A stretch of DNA of 20,000 nt from an uncultured virus (IMG/VR IMGVR_UViG_3300025927_000002) (IMGVR_UViG_3300025927_000002), one strand, 5' to 3'; positions 6,918 through 16,591 are shown, counted from the stretch's first letter. A program made the numbers and translations. The notes: generated by a model not told the origin, from the sequence alone.

Positions 6918-7163
6918 ATGTTGACGTCTCGCCATCTGGCAACGCTCGCGGAGGCATTTGTCTCCTCAGGGAAAATGTCCCTCACTGGGCTGGGAAAGAG
7001 CTTATTCAACGATCACCGGTTTTTCAAACGTTTGATCGCGGGGAGAGATTGCACCACCGATAGCGCAGCGACGGCAACGCGCTTTTTCGTCGCAAATTGG
7101 CCCGCTGAGGCTGTGTGGCCTGCGGAAGTTCCGCGCCCGCCTTTGCCGGAGACCGCACCATGA
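6918..7163 (+). CDS. Cro-like regulator
   Basis: LFNDHRFFKRLIAGRDCT...FFVANWPAEAVWPAEVPRP, a pattern typical of alphaproteobacterial phage Cro-like proteins; divergent from the repressor. Confidence 0.8.
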   Translation: MLTSRHLATLAEAFVSSGKMSLTGLGKSLFNDHRFFKRLIAGRDCTTDSAATATRFFVANWPAEAVWPAEVPRPPLPETAP

Positions 7164-7522
7164 GCCACTGCCGAGGCTGCGGCAACCCGATCCCGCCGCG
7201 TAGGTACGCGCCGGCGCATTGCGGCCCGGCATGCGTGGATCTGGCGGTCGAGCGCGCCATCACGAAGGCGATAGGCCCAAAAGCTCCGGCTAATCGGCGC
7301 AAGGGCGTGACGCGATGCGCTCGGTGTGGCGCCGACCTGCCCCCCAAGCGACTGAAATTTTGTTCAGCCATCTGTGTCAAAGCACATCGGGCGGATGCGA
7401 AATCCCAGGCCACGACACGATGGTGTCTGGAGTGCGGCAACGATTTGTCGCCGAAGCATTTGCGCTTTTGTTCGCGCATTTGCAGCGACGATTACAAACG
7501 CGCCATGAGGGCATTAGCATGA
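7160..7522 (+). CDS. Protein with three CxxC...C(G/S)xxC zinc fingers
   Basis: CRGC..CGPAC, CARC..CSAIC, CLEC..CSRIC; ATGA overlap with cro. Confidence 0.75.
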   Translation: MSHCRGCGNPIPPRRYAPAHCGPACVDLAVERAITKAIGPKAPANRRKGVTRCARCGADLPPKRLKFCSAICVKAHRADAKSQATTRWCLECGNDLSPKHLRFCSRICSDDYKRAMRALA

Positions 7523-7620
7523 TCCAGTTTCGACTCACTCCATGCGGATGGACGATGTTTGGCGTGTCGGCCTTCTGGGTCAGCATCGTTGAATACCTGC
7601 ATTTCACCGGATGGCTGTGA
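7519..7620 (+). CDS. 33-aa hydrophobic peptide
   Basis: ATGA overlap; MIQFRLTPCGWTMFGVSAFWVSIVEYLHFTGWL. Confidence 0.5.
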   Translation: MIQFRLTPCGWTMFGVSAFWVSIVEYLHFTGWL

Positions 7621-7792
7621 TCGGCCGTCCTGTTAAGCGCGAAAAGCGCGGTTGCCGCCGCGCTCTGCGTGAACTTGCCTATTCCTTGGATTGCCTCTCG
7701 GCTTGCCGGCCTGGGGGCCTCAGTAGGTTTGTGATCCTCGCTTACTCCGTTCGCCATGGCTGACAACCTATCGACGGATATCGAGCTAGGAA

Positions 7793-8164
7793 ATGTCCAA
7801 AAGGGTCATCCAGGTGAGCGTCACAACAGCAGCCATCCTTCGCGATGTCTACGGAGCCAACGCCCGCAAGAAAATATCGCGCCAGTTCGGCGTTGCCCAG
7901 CGCACCGCTAAGGCGTGGCTCGATGGCCTGTTCCCCGAATCCCGAACAGCAGAACTCGCTGCGGTCGTGCGTGAAGACCTGGCCCAGCGCCAGACGCGTT
8001 ACGCAGAAATCCTAACGCAAATTGGAAAACATAATGAAAAAGCCGGGAGTAGCGAGACGCGGACTGCAGCGGGGGGCGATGCGCGCAGCGAAGGTCACGG
8101 TGCGCGCCACGAAGATTCTGAACAGCATCGCCGAAGAGTTACTGCGGTTCGCCGATCCCGATAA
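7793..8164 (+). CDS. CII-like HTH protein
   Basis: ARKKISRQFGVAQRTAKAWLDG HTH; located downstream of cro. Confidence 0.6.
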   Translation: MSKRVIQVSVTTAAILRDVYGANARKKISRQFGVAQRTAKAWLDGLFPESRTAELAAVVREDLAQRQTRYAEILTQIGKHNEKAGSSETRTAAGGDARSEGHGARHEDSEQHRRRVTAVRRSR

Positions 8165-8369
8165 TCCTAAGAACCAATTTGTCACAATCGATGAGGCGAT
8201 CGCTGAACTGAACAGACGAATCGCGACGCACGAACGAGCCCTTTCCGAAACCGGGCTGTCGGGTGGCGATATCGACGACGTGGTCGGGCTGCTGCAAGAG
8301 CTGCGCGAGACCAGAGTGCGGCTGCAAGAGCTGCGCAATTTTAGGAATTATCTAACCGGCGCGGAGTGA
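8034..8369 (+). CDS. Hypothetical coiled-coil protein
   Basis: Protein-like ORF ending 3 nt before the next start; start uncertain. Confidence 0.55.
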   Translation: MKKPGVARRGLQRGAMRAAKVTVRATKILNSIAEELLRFADPDNPKNQFVTIDEAIAELNRRIATHERALSETGLSGGDIDDVVGLLQELRETRVRLQELRNFRNYLTGAE

Positions 8370-8372
8370 GGG

Positions 8373-8753
8373 ATGCTCGATAGCGAAACGCTCACGGCTC
8401 GGAACAGGGACATCGTGCGTCGGGTGCGAGCCGGCAAGACACGCCGGGAGATCGCTCGCGAAACCGGGCTGAATTACAAATGGATCACGATAATCCTGAA
8501 GCGCTACGAGCACGCCACCGGCGCGAGACTGCCGCGCGATGTGCATGGTTCGCCCTGCCGGCCGCTAACCGAGCGCGACTGTGTGATTGTCAATGAATAT
8601 CGACGGCTTGAGTCAGTGCGAAAGGTTGCGGCGCAACGCGGCGTTAGCCACGGTATCGTACGAGGCGCAATCCTGCGGTACGAGCGCGCCACCGGCGAGA
8701 TAATACCACGCACAATGAAGCAGGAAGCGTGGCTCGCGGAACGCGCGACATGA
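8373..8753 (+). CDS. Tandem HTH protein
   Basis: Two repeats (LTARNRDIV..TRREIARETGL..RYEHATG and LTERDCVIV..SVRKVAAQRGV..RYERATG). Confidence 0.75.
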   Translation: MLDSETLTARNRDIVRRVRAGKTRREIARETGLNYKWITIILKRYEHATGARLPRDVHGSPCRPLTERDCVIVNEYRRLESVRKVAAQRGVSHGIVRGAILRYERATGEIIPRTMKQEAWLAERAT

Positions 8754-9259
8754 ACGCGCTTTGCATCGTCTGCTCCAAGCCGGTCCCGCGACCTGATCGC
8801 CGCACATGCGGCGGCGCGTGTCTGCGGAAATTGCGCGCCAGCCTGGCGATCAACCTTAATTCCCTGCAACGGGCAGAGGCGATCGCAGCCTACGATCGTC
8901 CGGTATGCATGAACCCGGCATGCGGTGCGCCAATCGTAATCCGTAACGACGAATCTCCCCTCCATTGGAGCCGCCGCAAGACGTGTTCAAAGCCATGCCT
9001 CAACGCGCTCCGCGCAAAGTCCAACGCCGAAAGGCCCCGGCGTAAGGCGGCGCATAAACCGACAAAACGTGCGGTTGCTGCCAAAGAGGCGGCGGAGAGG
9101 TACGGATCTGACCCCTCCGGCCACAAGCCGCGAAGGCTATCGCGCCCGCCGCGACACGACTCGACATTCGAGACCGTCGCAGAGGCGCGCGCCCGCGGGG
9201 TGGAGATCAAGAAACTCCCGCCCGCATTCGCCGCGCCGAGCAGTGCGGCAATCAAATGA
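8750..9259 (+). CDS. Zinc-finger protein with basic C-terminus
   Basis: CIVC..CGGAC and CMNPAC..CSKPC; ATGA overlaps at both ends. Confidence 0.7.
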   Translation: MNALCIVCSKPVPRPDRRTCGGACLRKLRASLAINLNSLQRAEAIAAYDRPVCMNPACGAPIVIRNDESPLHWSRRKTCSKPCLNALRAKSNAERPRRKAAHKPTKRAVAAKEAAERYGSDPSGHKPRRLSRPPRHDSTFETVAEARARGVEIKKLPPAFAAPSSAAIK

Positions 9260-9672
9260 AGGCACCTTCCATCACGGAAGCACAGCTCCACCGGCAAGTC
9301 GCCGACTATCTGAGCTGGGCGCTCGACGGTACCTCTTTGTTTTTTCATATCCCGATGGGCGGCAGCCGTCATTTTCTTGAAGCGAAAAATCTGAAAAAGC
9401 TCGGCAGCAGAGCGGGAATTCCAGACATTGCAGTGCTCCATAACGGATGCGCGTTCTTTACCGAATTAAAGACTGACGAGGGGAAATTGTCCGTCTCTCA
9501 GAAATACATGATTCCGCTGATTGAGCAAGCCGGATGCCCGGTTGCGGTGTGCCGATCGCTGAAAGATGTGATCGCATTTCTACGCCATCACGGGGTGCCG
9601 CTTCGCTTTGAGCCCATTTCGACCGAGCGCATCCGGCGCGGGTTTGCGAATGCGATGAAGGATGCGGAATGA
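9256..9672 (+). CDS. VRR-NUC (PD-(D/E)XK) nuclease, resolvase-like
   Basis: TEAQLH...GIPDI...FTELKTDEGKLSVSQK...VAVCRS. Confidence 0.9.
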   Translation: MKAPSITEAQLHRQVADYLSWALDGTSLFFHIPMGGSRHFLEAKNLKKLGSRAGIPDIAVLHNGCAFFTELKTDEGKLSVSQKYMIPLIEQAGCPVAVCRSLKDVIAFLRHHGVPLRFEPISTERIRRGFANAMKDAE

Positions 9673-10046
9673 GCGAGTACGAAAAATTCAGCGACCGGGC
9701 AGTTAAAGAACAGCTCGTCGCTGAGCGCGCTGTGAAGGCACCGAACTTACTTTGCTTCATCGAACAATTTCCGTTGGCGATGGTCGCCGTTGCGGGATGC
9801 CACGATTACGAACGCGGGCCGCTCGTCAAAGGGGACTATCGCCCATCGCTGCTACGGCATCTGTTCAAGATCGGCGAGCATCCGGATCACGACGCGGCGG
9901 TCGCCTGGAACGCGGTGGCACAATTGGAAATCAAGCTCCGGCAGGCGCAGAGCGCGACACCGACAACATTTGGCCCAGCCGAAATCTACGCCGCATCAGC
10001 GCCGAGGGTGTGGCCAGTACACACCACAACCGCACCACGCGAATGA
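9669..10046 (+). CDS. dATP/dGTP diphosphohydrolase-like (DUF5664) protein, divergent
   Basis: FPLAMVAVA...YRPSLLRHL...HDAAVAWNAVAQLE. Confidence 0.6.
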   Translation: MSEYEKFSDRAVKEQLVAERAVKAPNLLCFIEQFPLAMVAVAGCHDYERGPLVKGDYRPSLLRHLFKIGEHPDHDAAVAWNAVAQLEIKLRQAQSATPTTFGPAEIYAASAPRVWPVHTTTAPRE

Positions 10047-10252
10047 TGGGTGAAATGACCACCAGAAAACCGCAGAAGCCACAAAATCGCGCATGGCCAT
10101 TAAGGGAGTGGCACGAAGACATGGGAGACCAACTGTGGTGGGTATTCCCAATTAACGAGCCACCATACCGCGGCTCTCCGTTATATAACGATTGGCCTGG
10201 GTATCATACCCACTTTACGTCTTATGTGGTTCCGGCATCGGGTAAAGATTAA
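10043..10252 (+). CDS. Conserved small Trp/Pro-rich phage protein
   Basis: EWHEDMGDQLWWVFPINEPPYRGSPLYNDWPGYHTHFT; ATGA overlap. Confidence 0.75.
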   Translation: MMGEMTTRKPQKPQNRAWPLREWHEDMGDQLWWVFPINEPPYRGSPLYNDWPGYHTHFTSYVVPASGKD

Positions 10253-10411
10253 ATGACCGCACCCGAACACGCGCCGCTGAGCGAAGCGGAATTAGAAGCT
10301 GACACCTGGGCGTCCTGGTGGCTTGCGCATCGTGTAATCGGTGAAGAAGTGCGAACCGGGCGCCGCGAGCTGCCGGAATTTTTCAAGAGCAGGCGGGAGC
10401 AGGCCAAATGA
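10253..10411 (+). CDS. 52-aa hypothetical protein (not in ORF track)
   Basis: ATG directly after the previous TAA; its TGA overlaps the next ATG. Confidence 0.55.
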   Translation: MTAPEHAPLSEAELEADTWASWWLAHRVIGEEVRTGRRELPEFFKSRREQAK

Positions 10412-10623
10412 TCCGCACTATCGACCCTGCGGCCGCAATCCCTGTGCTGGAGCACGCCCTCTGGTGCGCAGAGCAAGGCATGACGCCCGCCGACATCTTC
10501 CGTGCGCTGCAAAAACCGGCGCACGTCTGGCCGACCTGGGCGCGCGCCGTGCAGGCACTAATCGTCGAGCACAACGCGATCAAGAAGCGCCAGACGCAAA
10601 GCCTATTGCGGGAGGCCGCATGA
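10408..10623 (+). CDS. Hypothetical protein
   Basis: ATGA-coupled on both sides. Confidence 0.6.
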   Translation: MIRTIDPAAAIPVLEHALWCAEQGMTPADIFRALQKPAHVWPTWARAVQALIVEHNAIKKRQTQSLLREAA

Positions 10624-10997
10624 CCGCCCGCACCGGCGCCCTCGACAAAGCGCTCGGCGAGCGCACGAAGCTAGATAGCAACTACAAAGCCTCAAAGCGG
10701 GAAGAGTGGTTTGGGCTATATGCCGACCCGGAATGGGGCGAGCGTCTGTGGGATTTCACGAAGCGCCTGGGGCGTTTCGGCCCAGACGATGGCAACACGA
10801 TGATCGCTTACGTTACGGAACAGCAGCGCGATTGGCTACACACCGCGCCGTACGAATTCAAATGCGCGGCGCTAACAGCCTGCGCCAATCGGCAGATGCG
10901 GGTGCGCCTTAAGCAAGGGTTATTGGCTATCGATGATCCGCTGCCGGGTGAGCCGGATGATGTTTTTAGAGCTTGTAAACGAGTGCTTGAACTATGA
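10620..10997 (+). CDS. Hypothetical phage protein
   Basis: GGGAGG SD; ATGA overlap; start MTARTG. Confidence 0.7.
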   Translation: MTARTGALDKALGERTKLDSNYKASKREEWFGLYADPEWGERLWDFTKRLGRFGPDDGNTMIAYVTEQQRDWLHTAPYEFKCAALTACANRQMRVRLKQGLLAIDDPLPGEPDDVFRACKRVLEL

Positions 10998-11227
10998 GAC
11001 CAGCAGACGCAACCCTACAAGCACGAATTCTCGAATCGCTCATCAGCGGCGGTAAGATTACGGCGCTAGACGCGTTAGATCTATTCGGAACGATGCGCCT
11101 CGCCGCGCATATCCATGCGCTGCGACGGCGTGGGCACGAGATTATTTCCGTGCGGGAGTCGCTCGGGCGGCGATGGTGGGTGCGGTATTCATTGCAGAAA
11201 CTCGCTCCAAAAGCGGCGGCAGAATGA
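10994..11227 (+). CDS. HTH (HTH_39-like) protein
   Basis: RILESL..GKITALDALDLFGTMRLAAHIHALRRRGHEI. Confidence 0.8.
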   Translation: MRPADATLQARILESLISGGKITALDALDLFGTMRLAAHIHALRRRGHEIISVRESLGRRWWVRYSLQKLAPKAAAE

Positions 11228-12225
11228 ATATCAGCATCCGCGAGATTTTGCACCAATACGCCGCATCACGCACGCGAACTTGGGCGCATGACCGCAGCAA
11301 GACTGTGGGCGCAAGCGAGATTGGCCAGTGCGCACGGAAGACGTGGTTTTCCAAGCACGATGCGCCGCGCGATCCGGATTATGTCGATGGTTGGGGCGCG
11401 GCACTGCGCGGCACGACAATCGAAGACCATTATTGGGTGCCAGCGCTGCGCTCATCGCTGCCGGAAGGATGGGAGTTGCTTTTCGCGGGAGATGAACAGC
11501 AATCGCTGAAAGACGGATATCTTTCGGCGACTACGGACGGGTTGCTCAACCATATCGCAACGAGCATTTGCATAAATCTCGATTGCAAATCTATAGATTC
11601 GCGCGCCGACATTTCGAAGGCTAAGGCGCAGCATACCTTCCAGGTTCAAGCTCAGATGGGCTTGATCCGCGACAAGACAAAACACAAGCCAGAGAAAAGC
11701 ATTATCTCATATATCGACGCGAGTTTTTGGGATGTCGTGACCGAATTCGTCGTGCCGTTCTCATCCCGCATCTATGCCCATGCGCATGTCCGCGCGACGC
11801 AGATCATGACCGCGCGCGACGCACTGGACTTACCGCCGGAAGGCAAGATGGCGGGCGGCGATGAGTGCAAGTATTGCGCCTGGGCCTCGCATTGCGCGGA
11901 GGTGACGGTCGCGGGCGTGCCGCGAGACGAAAACGAGCTGGATGATGTGGAAGCGAAGATGCTCAAAGGCATGCGCGATGACCTTATCGCATGCCGCAAT
12001 GAAGCGGCCGGCTTCGAGGCGAAGGTCGCCGAGAAACAGGAGCGTATCAAGCTATTCTTAAGGGATCACAATACCCGCCGTCATCGCGGGGATGATTGGT
12101 CGGTGTCGTACTTCCCAGTAAACGGAAAGGCGACGCTCGATCTCGACGCGGTCAAAGCTGCCGGCGTTGACCTCGAACCATACTACAAGACCGGCAATCC
12201 TGGAGAGCGATTGAGGATAGTATGA
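11224..12225 (+). CDS. Cas4-like PD-(D/E)XK exonuclease
   Basis: GASEIGQCARK, TDG, DCKS, QVQAQM and CKYCAWASHC (four Fe-S-type cysteines). Confidence 0.85.
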   Translation: MNISIREILHQYAASRTRTWAHDRSKTVGASEIGQCARKTWFSKHDAPRDPDYVDGWGAALRGTTIEDHYWVPALRSSLPEGWELLFAGDEQQSLKDGYLSATTDGLLNHIATSICINLDCKSIDSRADISKAKAQHTFQVQAQMGLIRDKTKHKPEKSIISYIDASFWDVVTEFVVPFSSRIYAHAHVRATQIMTARDALDLPPEGKMAGGDECKYCAWASHCAEVTVAGVPRDENELDDVEAKMLKGMRDDLIACRNEAAGFEAKVAEKQERIKLFLRDHNTRRHRGDDWSVSYFPVNGKATLDLDAVKAAGVDLEPYYKTGNPGERLRIV

Positions 12226-12494
12226 GCACCAAAGAACTTGTCATAACGCTTCGAGTGCCGCTCAGCGGAGAGATGTTTGAGGACGCCGCTGCGATTACGA
12301 AAGCGGCCGATATCGTGTCCAAGCTTAGACGGGAACTCGACGAAGAATTCGGTTCGAACGGTCACAGCCTGGTCGTCGATACCGAAACCAAGCGTGCCTC
12401 GCGCGCCGATGCTGGCGTTGAACGCCCGCAGAGCCGCGGTCCGCGCAAGGCGAAGGGTAATAGCGCCGAGAGTACCGTCTTCATACCAACCTAA
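12222..12494 (+). CDS. Hypothetical protein
   Basis: GAGGA SD; ATGA overlap. Confidence 0.65.
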   Translation: MSTKELVITLRVPLSGEMFEDAAAITKAADIVSKLRRELDEEFGSNGHSLVVDTETKRASRADAGVERPQSRGPRKAKGNSAESTVFIPT

Positions 12495-12567
12495 CCAAGC
12501 CAACACAAGCTCGTCGGGGCGGCTGTCGCCTGCGGCCAGCTTACCAACATAACAGGATAACAAGGTA

Positions 12568-13293
12568 ATGGACGACACAGAACTGATGCTTCGTAGCGGC
12601 GAGCTTCCCAGCGCACCACAAAGAACCGGAACCGCACTGGCGATGCCGGGAGCCGATCCCTTCGCCGCATATGGGGCAAGCGCTCAGACCGGCGATTTTT
12701 TGTCCTTCAAGAATGGCGAGTGGCTGTTCGGGGTGGACGGGGAAATGCTCGATCTCGGGACGCGCTTAGTTGCTAACGTGGAGGGGCTTAAACGCGGCTG
12801 GCGATGCTGGAAAGAGAAGAAGCTGGTCGAGGATCTGACCCGCCCGCTGATCGCCATGATCCCACCAGAGCGCCGCAGCGATCTTGGGGATACTGACCCA
12901 GCAATGTGGGAACGCGACGCCGCCGGGAAGCCGATGGACCCCTACGTGCTCACCGACATGATCGAACTGGCCGACCCAGCTGCGGGGAAGCTGTTCGTCT
13001 ACGCCACCTCATCAAAGGGCGGCACCAACTGCATCAAGCGGTTATGTGCAACCTACAGCCAGCACCGACGCCAGTCGCCTGGCGAGGTGCCGATCGTGTC
13101 GCTCGGGCGTGACAGCTACAACCACCCAGAGTTTAAAAAAATCTACGTCCCAATGCTGGAGGTGGTCGGCTGGACGGATGCCGAGAACCCGTCGGTCGAT
13201 GGCGAGGCTGAGGGAGACGACATTCCGTTCGACGGGCCGACCATCCCGGCGCGCGCGGCGGTGGGTGCGCCCGCATCAAAGACACGGTTCTAA
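12568..13293 (+). CDS. Putative phage single-stranded DNA-binding protein
   Basis: Lies between exonuclease and primase; acidic tail GEAEGDDIPF; FLSFKNGEW and YATSSKGG motifs. Confidence 0.65.
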   Translation: MDDTELMLRSGELPSAPQRTGTALAMPGADPFAAYGASAQTGDFLSFKNGEWLFGVDGEMLDLGTRLVANVEGLKRGWRCWKEKKLVEDLTRPLIAMIPPERRSDLGDTDPAMWERDAAGKPMDPYVLTDMIELADPAAGKLFVYATSSKGGTNCIKRLCATYSQHRRQSPGEVPIVSLGRDSYNHPEFKKIYVPMLEVVGWTDAENPSVDGEAEGDDIPFDGPTIPARAAVGAPASKTRF

Positions 13294-13296
13294 TAG

Positions 13297-15669
13297 ATGC
13301 GGGCGACTGCAATGCGCAGCACTGGGATTGATTGGGCTGCGCACATTGAGGCAGTCGCCCGCCGCCTCCGCGGCGAGCCGAACCAGCATCTCTCCAGCAA
13401 GACAGAGTTGCGGTTCGGCTCAAACGGCGGATTGCGCGTAACTGTCGCCGGAGAGCATCGCGGAACCTGGACAGATTTCACCGACGGTAATGCCAGCGGC
13501 GGTGTCCTCGATTTGATCGCCCATGATCTCCATTGCACAAAAAGCGCCGCGTTCGATTGGCTGAAAACAGAATTAAAGGTTGACATGCCGGATGATAAGC
13601 CAGCGCCAAAAGTCGCTAAGCAAGCGGCGCGCCCGGCCGCGCCGCAGCGCGTTGTCGACATTTATCGATATAATGACGAGCAGGGCAGTGTCCTCTATCG
13701 GGTGCTGCGATGGGGACCGCACAAGACATTCACGCAAAATCCGCCGGACGGCAAGGGCGGATGGATCACCGGCCCGGGCTGCATGAATGGCGTGCGCCGC
13801 GTGCCGTACCACATCAACGAATGGCTGTGGCACCCGGATCGCCCGCTCTACATCGCCGAGGGTGAAAAGGACGCCGACCGATTACGCGCTCTCGGTCTGC
13901 TCGCAACATGCAATGCCGGCGGCGCCGGGAACTGGCTGCCAACCGATAAGGATAACGCCGCGGAATTCATCGCGCTGTTCAGCGACCGTACGATTGTCGT
14001 GCTGCCCGACAATGATGAAGACGGGCGCAAATATGCAGACGCGGTTGTTCGCAGTCTGCTCCCCGTAGCAGCAGAGATCCGTGTCGTCGCGCTGCCCGGT
14101 CTGGCCGAGAAGGGCGACGTGTCGGACTGGCTCGATGCTGGGGGCGACAAGGATGCGTTGCTGGCGCTGGCTGACGCCGCAGTCCCGGTGCGAGAGGCGC
14201 CTACTACGCCGGCTAATGTGGTGCGGTTGCGGGCGGTCGAGAGCGAGCCAAAGCCAGAGGGCGATGCGCTGGAGCTATTCGGCCACCCGCTTAATGATAT
14301 CGGGAATGCGGAACGACTTATAGCGCGATACGGTGACAAGCTGCGCTATGTCGTCAATGTTGGCTGGTTTGTGTGGGACGGGCGACGATTTCACTATGAC
14401 CCGGCCATAGTCAAGGCTCGCATATTTGCGCATGATACTGTGCGCGATATGCTGGTTAATGCCTTCGACGCACCGTCGCATAAAAAGGAGCAGGAAGAGC
14501 GCAAGAAAGGTCTTATTAAATTTGCCATCAGCTCCGGCAACACCGGAAAGATCAACGGTATGTTGGCGCAAGCTGAGCCGCAACAGGCGATTGAAAACGG
14601 CGACCTTGACCGTGACCCATGGCTGTTCAATTGTGCCAACGGCACGCTTGACTTGCGCAGTGGTGAGCTGCGCCCGCATAGTCAGGATGATTTGCTAAGT
14701 AAGCTATCGCCCGTAGCCTTCGACCCGAATGCAGAATGCCCAATATGGGAAAAGACAATATTGGAGATATTCGGTGGTGATAGGGAAATGGTGGATTATG
14801 TCCAACGCGCCATCGGGTATTCGGCGACCGGGCTAACCACAGAGCAGGTTATATTCATTATGCACGGTGCCGGGTCGAATGGCAAAAGTCTAATGCTAAC
14901 GATCCTCGATGCGGTATTCGGCGATTATAGCATCACCGCCGCCAGTAAAACGTTTGTGCAGGACGATAAGGGAGACACGGCGTCGAATGATGTTGCGCGG
15001 CTCGCCGGCTCTCGGTTCGTCTCTGTCATCGAGACCGAACAAGAGAAAAAGCTGGCCGAAGGCTTTGTTAAACAAGCTACCGGCGGTGATGTTATGTCGG
15101 CGCGGTTTTTATTTAAGGAGTATTTTGAATTTATTCCAGTATTCAAAATATGGATGGCGACCAACCACAAGCCGCGGGTGCGTGGAACCGATAATGCCAT
15201 CTGGCGGCGCATCAGGTTGCTGCCGTTTCTCATTATATTTGCTGATCCTGAAGAGGCGGAAGCGGGACAGCCTATCAAGGATCTCGGCTTAAAAGAAAAG
15301 CTAATGCAGGAACTCCCCGGTATACTTCGATGGGTTTTAGATGGCGTTGCCTCATGGCGCGTGCATGGTCTGACGCAAGCGCCGGCGGCCGTTATGGAGG
15401 CCACGAAAGAGTACCGGGAGAGTCAGGATGCAACCGAAGGTTTTATTGTCGAGTGCTGCCATGTGTCACCCGGTCTACAATCTACGGTTGGTGATTTGTT
15501 CAAGGCATATAAGATTTGGTGCATCTCCAACGGAGAGACCGCAATCAGCTCGACAGCGTTCGGGTTGGCCTTGGAGGAGAAGGGGTACCCATCGGCACGG
15601 GCACCGGGGGGGAAGAGGATGCGTAAGGGGTTGATGTTAAAGGAGGAATATAGTGTGGTGGAGGGGTGA
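13297..15669 (+). CDS. Primase-helicase (TOPRIM + D5_N + P4-family SF3 helicase)
   Basis: TOPRIM IAEGEKDAD...LPDNDEDG; NDIGNAERL; NGTLDL; Walker A GAGSNGKS; KQATGGD; ATNHKP; AIWRR. Alternative start 13312. Confidence 0.95.
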   Translation: MRATAMRSTGIDWAAHIEAVARRLRGEPNQHLSSKTELRFGSNGGLRVTVAGEHRGTWTDFTDGNASGGVLDLIAHDLHCTKSAAFDWLKTELKVDMPDDKPAPKVAKQAARPAAPQRVVDIYRYNDEQGSVLYRVLRWGPHKTFTQNPPDGKGGWITGPGCMNGVRRVPYHINEWLWHPDRPLYIAEGEKDADRLRALGLLATCNAGGAGNWLPTDKDNAAEFIALFSDRTIVVLPDNDEDGRKYADAVVRSLLPVAAEIRVVALPGLAEKGDVSDWLDAGGDKDALLALADAAVPVREAPTTPANVVRLRAVESEPKPEGDALELFGHPLNDIGNAERLIARYGDKLRYVVNVGWFVWDGRRFHYDPAIVKARIFAHDTVRDMLVNAFDAPSHKKEQEERKKGLIKFAISSGNTGKINGMLAQAEPQQAIENGDLDRDPWLFNCANGTLDLRSGELRPHSQDDLLSKLSPVAFDPNAECPIWEKTILEIFGGDREMVDYVQRAIGYSATGLTTEQVIFIMHGAGSNGKSLMLTILDAVFGDYSITAASKTFVQDDKGDTASNDVARLAGSRFVSVIETEQEKKLAEGFVKQATGGDVMSARFLFKEYFEFIPVFKIWMATNHKPRVRGTDNAIWRRIRLLPFLIIFADPEEAEAGQPIKDLGLKEKLMQELPGILRWVLDGVASWRVHGLTQAPAAVMEATKEYRESQDATEGFIVECCHVSPGLQSTVGDLFKAYKIWCISNGETAISSTAFGLALEEKGYPSARAPGGKRMRKGLMLKEEYSVVEG

Positions 15670-15688
15670 TATAATAAGCATGGCTTAC

Positions 15689-15793
15689 TGTGACATGTTG
15701 CGAGTTGTGACGCGAAATCTTTATAATAGCCTACACACATATTTTCTCACGCGCGGCATAAGGAAAACGTGTCACAACCCGCAACATGTCACA
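15689..15793. repeat. 26-bp inverted repeat around an AT-rich core, candidate replication origin
   Basis: 15689-15714 versus the reverse complement of 15768-15793 match 24/26; TGTGAC occurs twice in each arm. Confidence 0.75.
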
Positions 15794-15862
15794 CGTCAGC
15801 AAGGCTGACCTATTTTGCGACCGTCTTTTCGCGCGAGACGCGAGGGCTTTTGGAGGACTGAC

Positions 15863-16591
15863 GTGGACACCGACGACGTGCCGTTCGGCAAATATCAAGG
15901 CATGGATATCAATGTCCTACTGGCCGACCGCGGTTACTGCATGTGGCTTGTGCGGCAAGACTGGCTAGAGGAACGATATCCCGCTATATACGGGATGATT
16001 GTCGATCAATATGATGTCGATGTCAGCGAATATATTCCTAGCGAAAGAATTAGGCAGCCAAAGCAAACCAAGAGGCAGGCGGCAGCGGAGGCGCATGGGG
16101 CGGCGGTTGTTGCTGCCTCGATCGCGACGTCGGTGCGTCAGCGCATGATCGAGAAGCAATCCGCCGCTGCGGCCGTGTTTGAAGCGCGCTGGACTTTAAA
16201 CGCGTTGTTGCGCGAGGCGCCCGACTTGTACGAGGCGCTCCAGGATCAGCTCGGTATGTTTCACGCAAGTCTCGGGGCCGGGACAGACGAGCAGATTGTC
16301 GCGCATGGCGAGGCGATGTGTCGGGGCTGGGCGGCGGCGATCGCGGTGATGGAGAAATCCAACATCGCGGCCGATGCGATTCACATTGGCGAGTTCGGGG
16401 AGTGCGTGGTTGCGATCGGGCGCATGCAGAAGGCGCCGGGATGGCTGCGCGAGCAATACGGGGATGGGGTGGTGTACCTGTGTCCGCGCGAGGTCGCGAT
16501 GCTGTATTTGCGACTCGACGTGGCGCGCGCGCTGAAGGCGGAATGGCCGGATGCTGAACTTACGGAGATACGCGAAAAGGAGAACGCATGA
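15863..16591 (+). CDS. Phage protein with N-terminal PFGKY (DUF3820/ExoX C-terminal-like) motif
   Basis: GGAGGA SD with GTG start; VPFGKYQG...DRGYCMWL. Confidence 0.7.
   Translation: MDTDDVPFGKYQGMDINVLLADRGYCMWLVRQDWLEERYPAIYGMIVDQYDVDVSEYIPSERIRQPKQTKRQAAAEAHGAAVVAASIATSVRQRMIEKQSAAAAVFEARWTLNALLREAPDLYEALQDQLGMFHASLGAGTDEQIVAHGEAMCRGWAAAIAVMEKSNIAADAIHIGEFGECVVAIGRMQKAPGWLREQYGDGVVYLCPREVAMLYLRLDVARALKAEWPDAELTEIREKENA

Noticed and set aside
9209..9231. Possible self-target of unit 2872-2915 (13/16 gapped match, KKLPPAFA)
   Set aside because: About one such match is expected by chance across 11 units and both strands; I found no perfect in-window target by eye, though the search was not exhaustive
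11020..11050. Second CUGAUGAG on the minus strand as a hammerhead
   Set aside because: No following stem II-GAAA; lies antisense within a coding gene
11224..12225. Cas4-like gene as an adaptation module for the array
   Set aside because: Lies 7 kb away in the replication/recombination block, the normal context for solo phage Cas4-like exonucleases; no cas1
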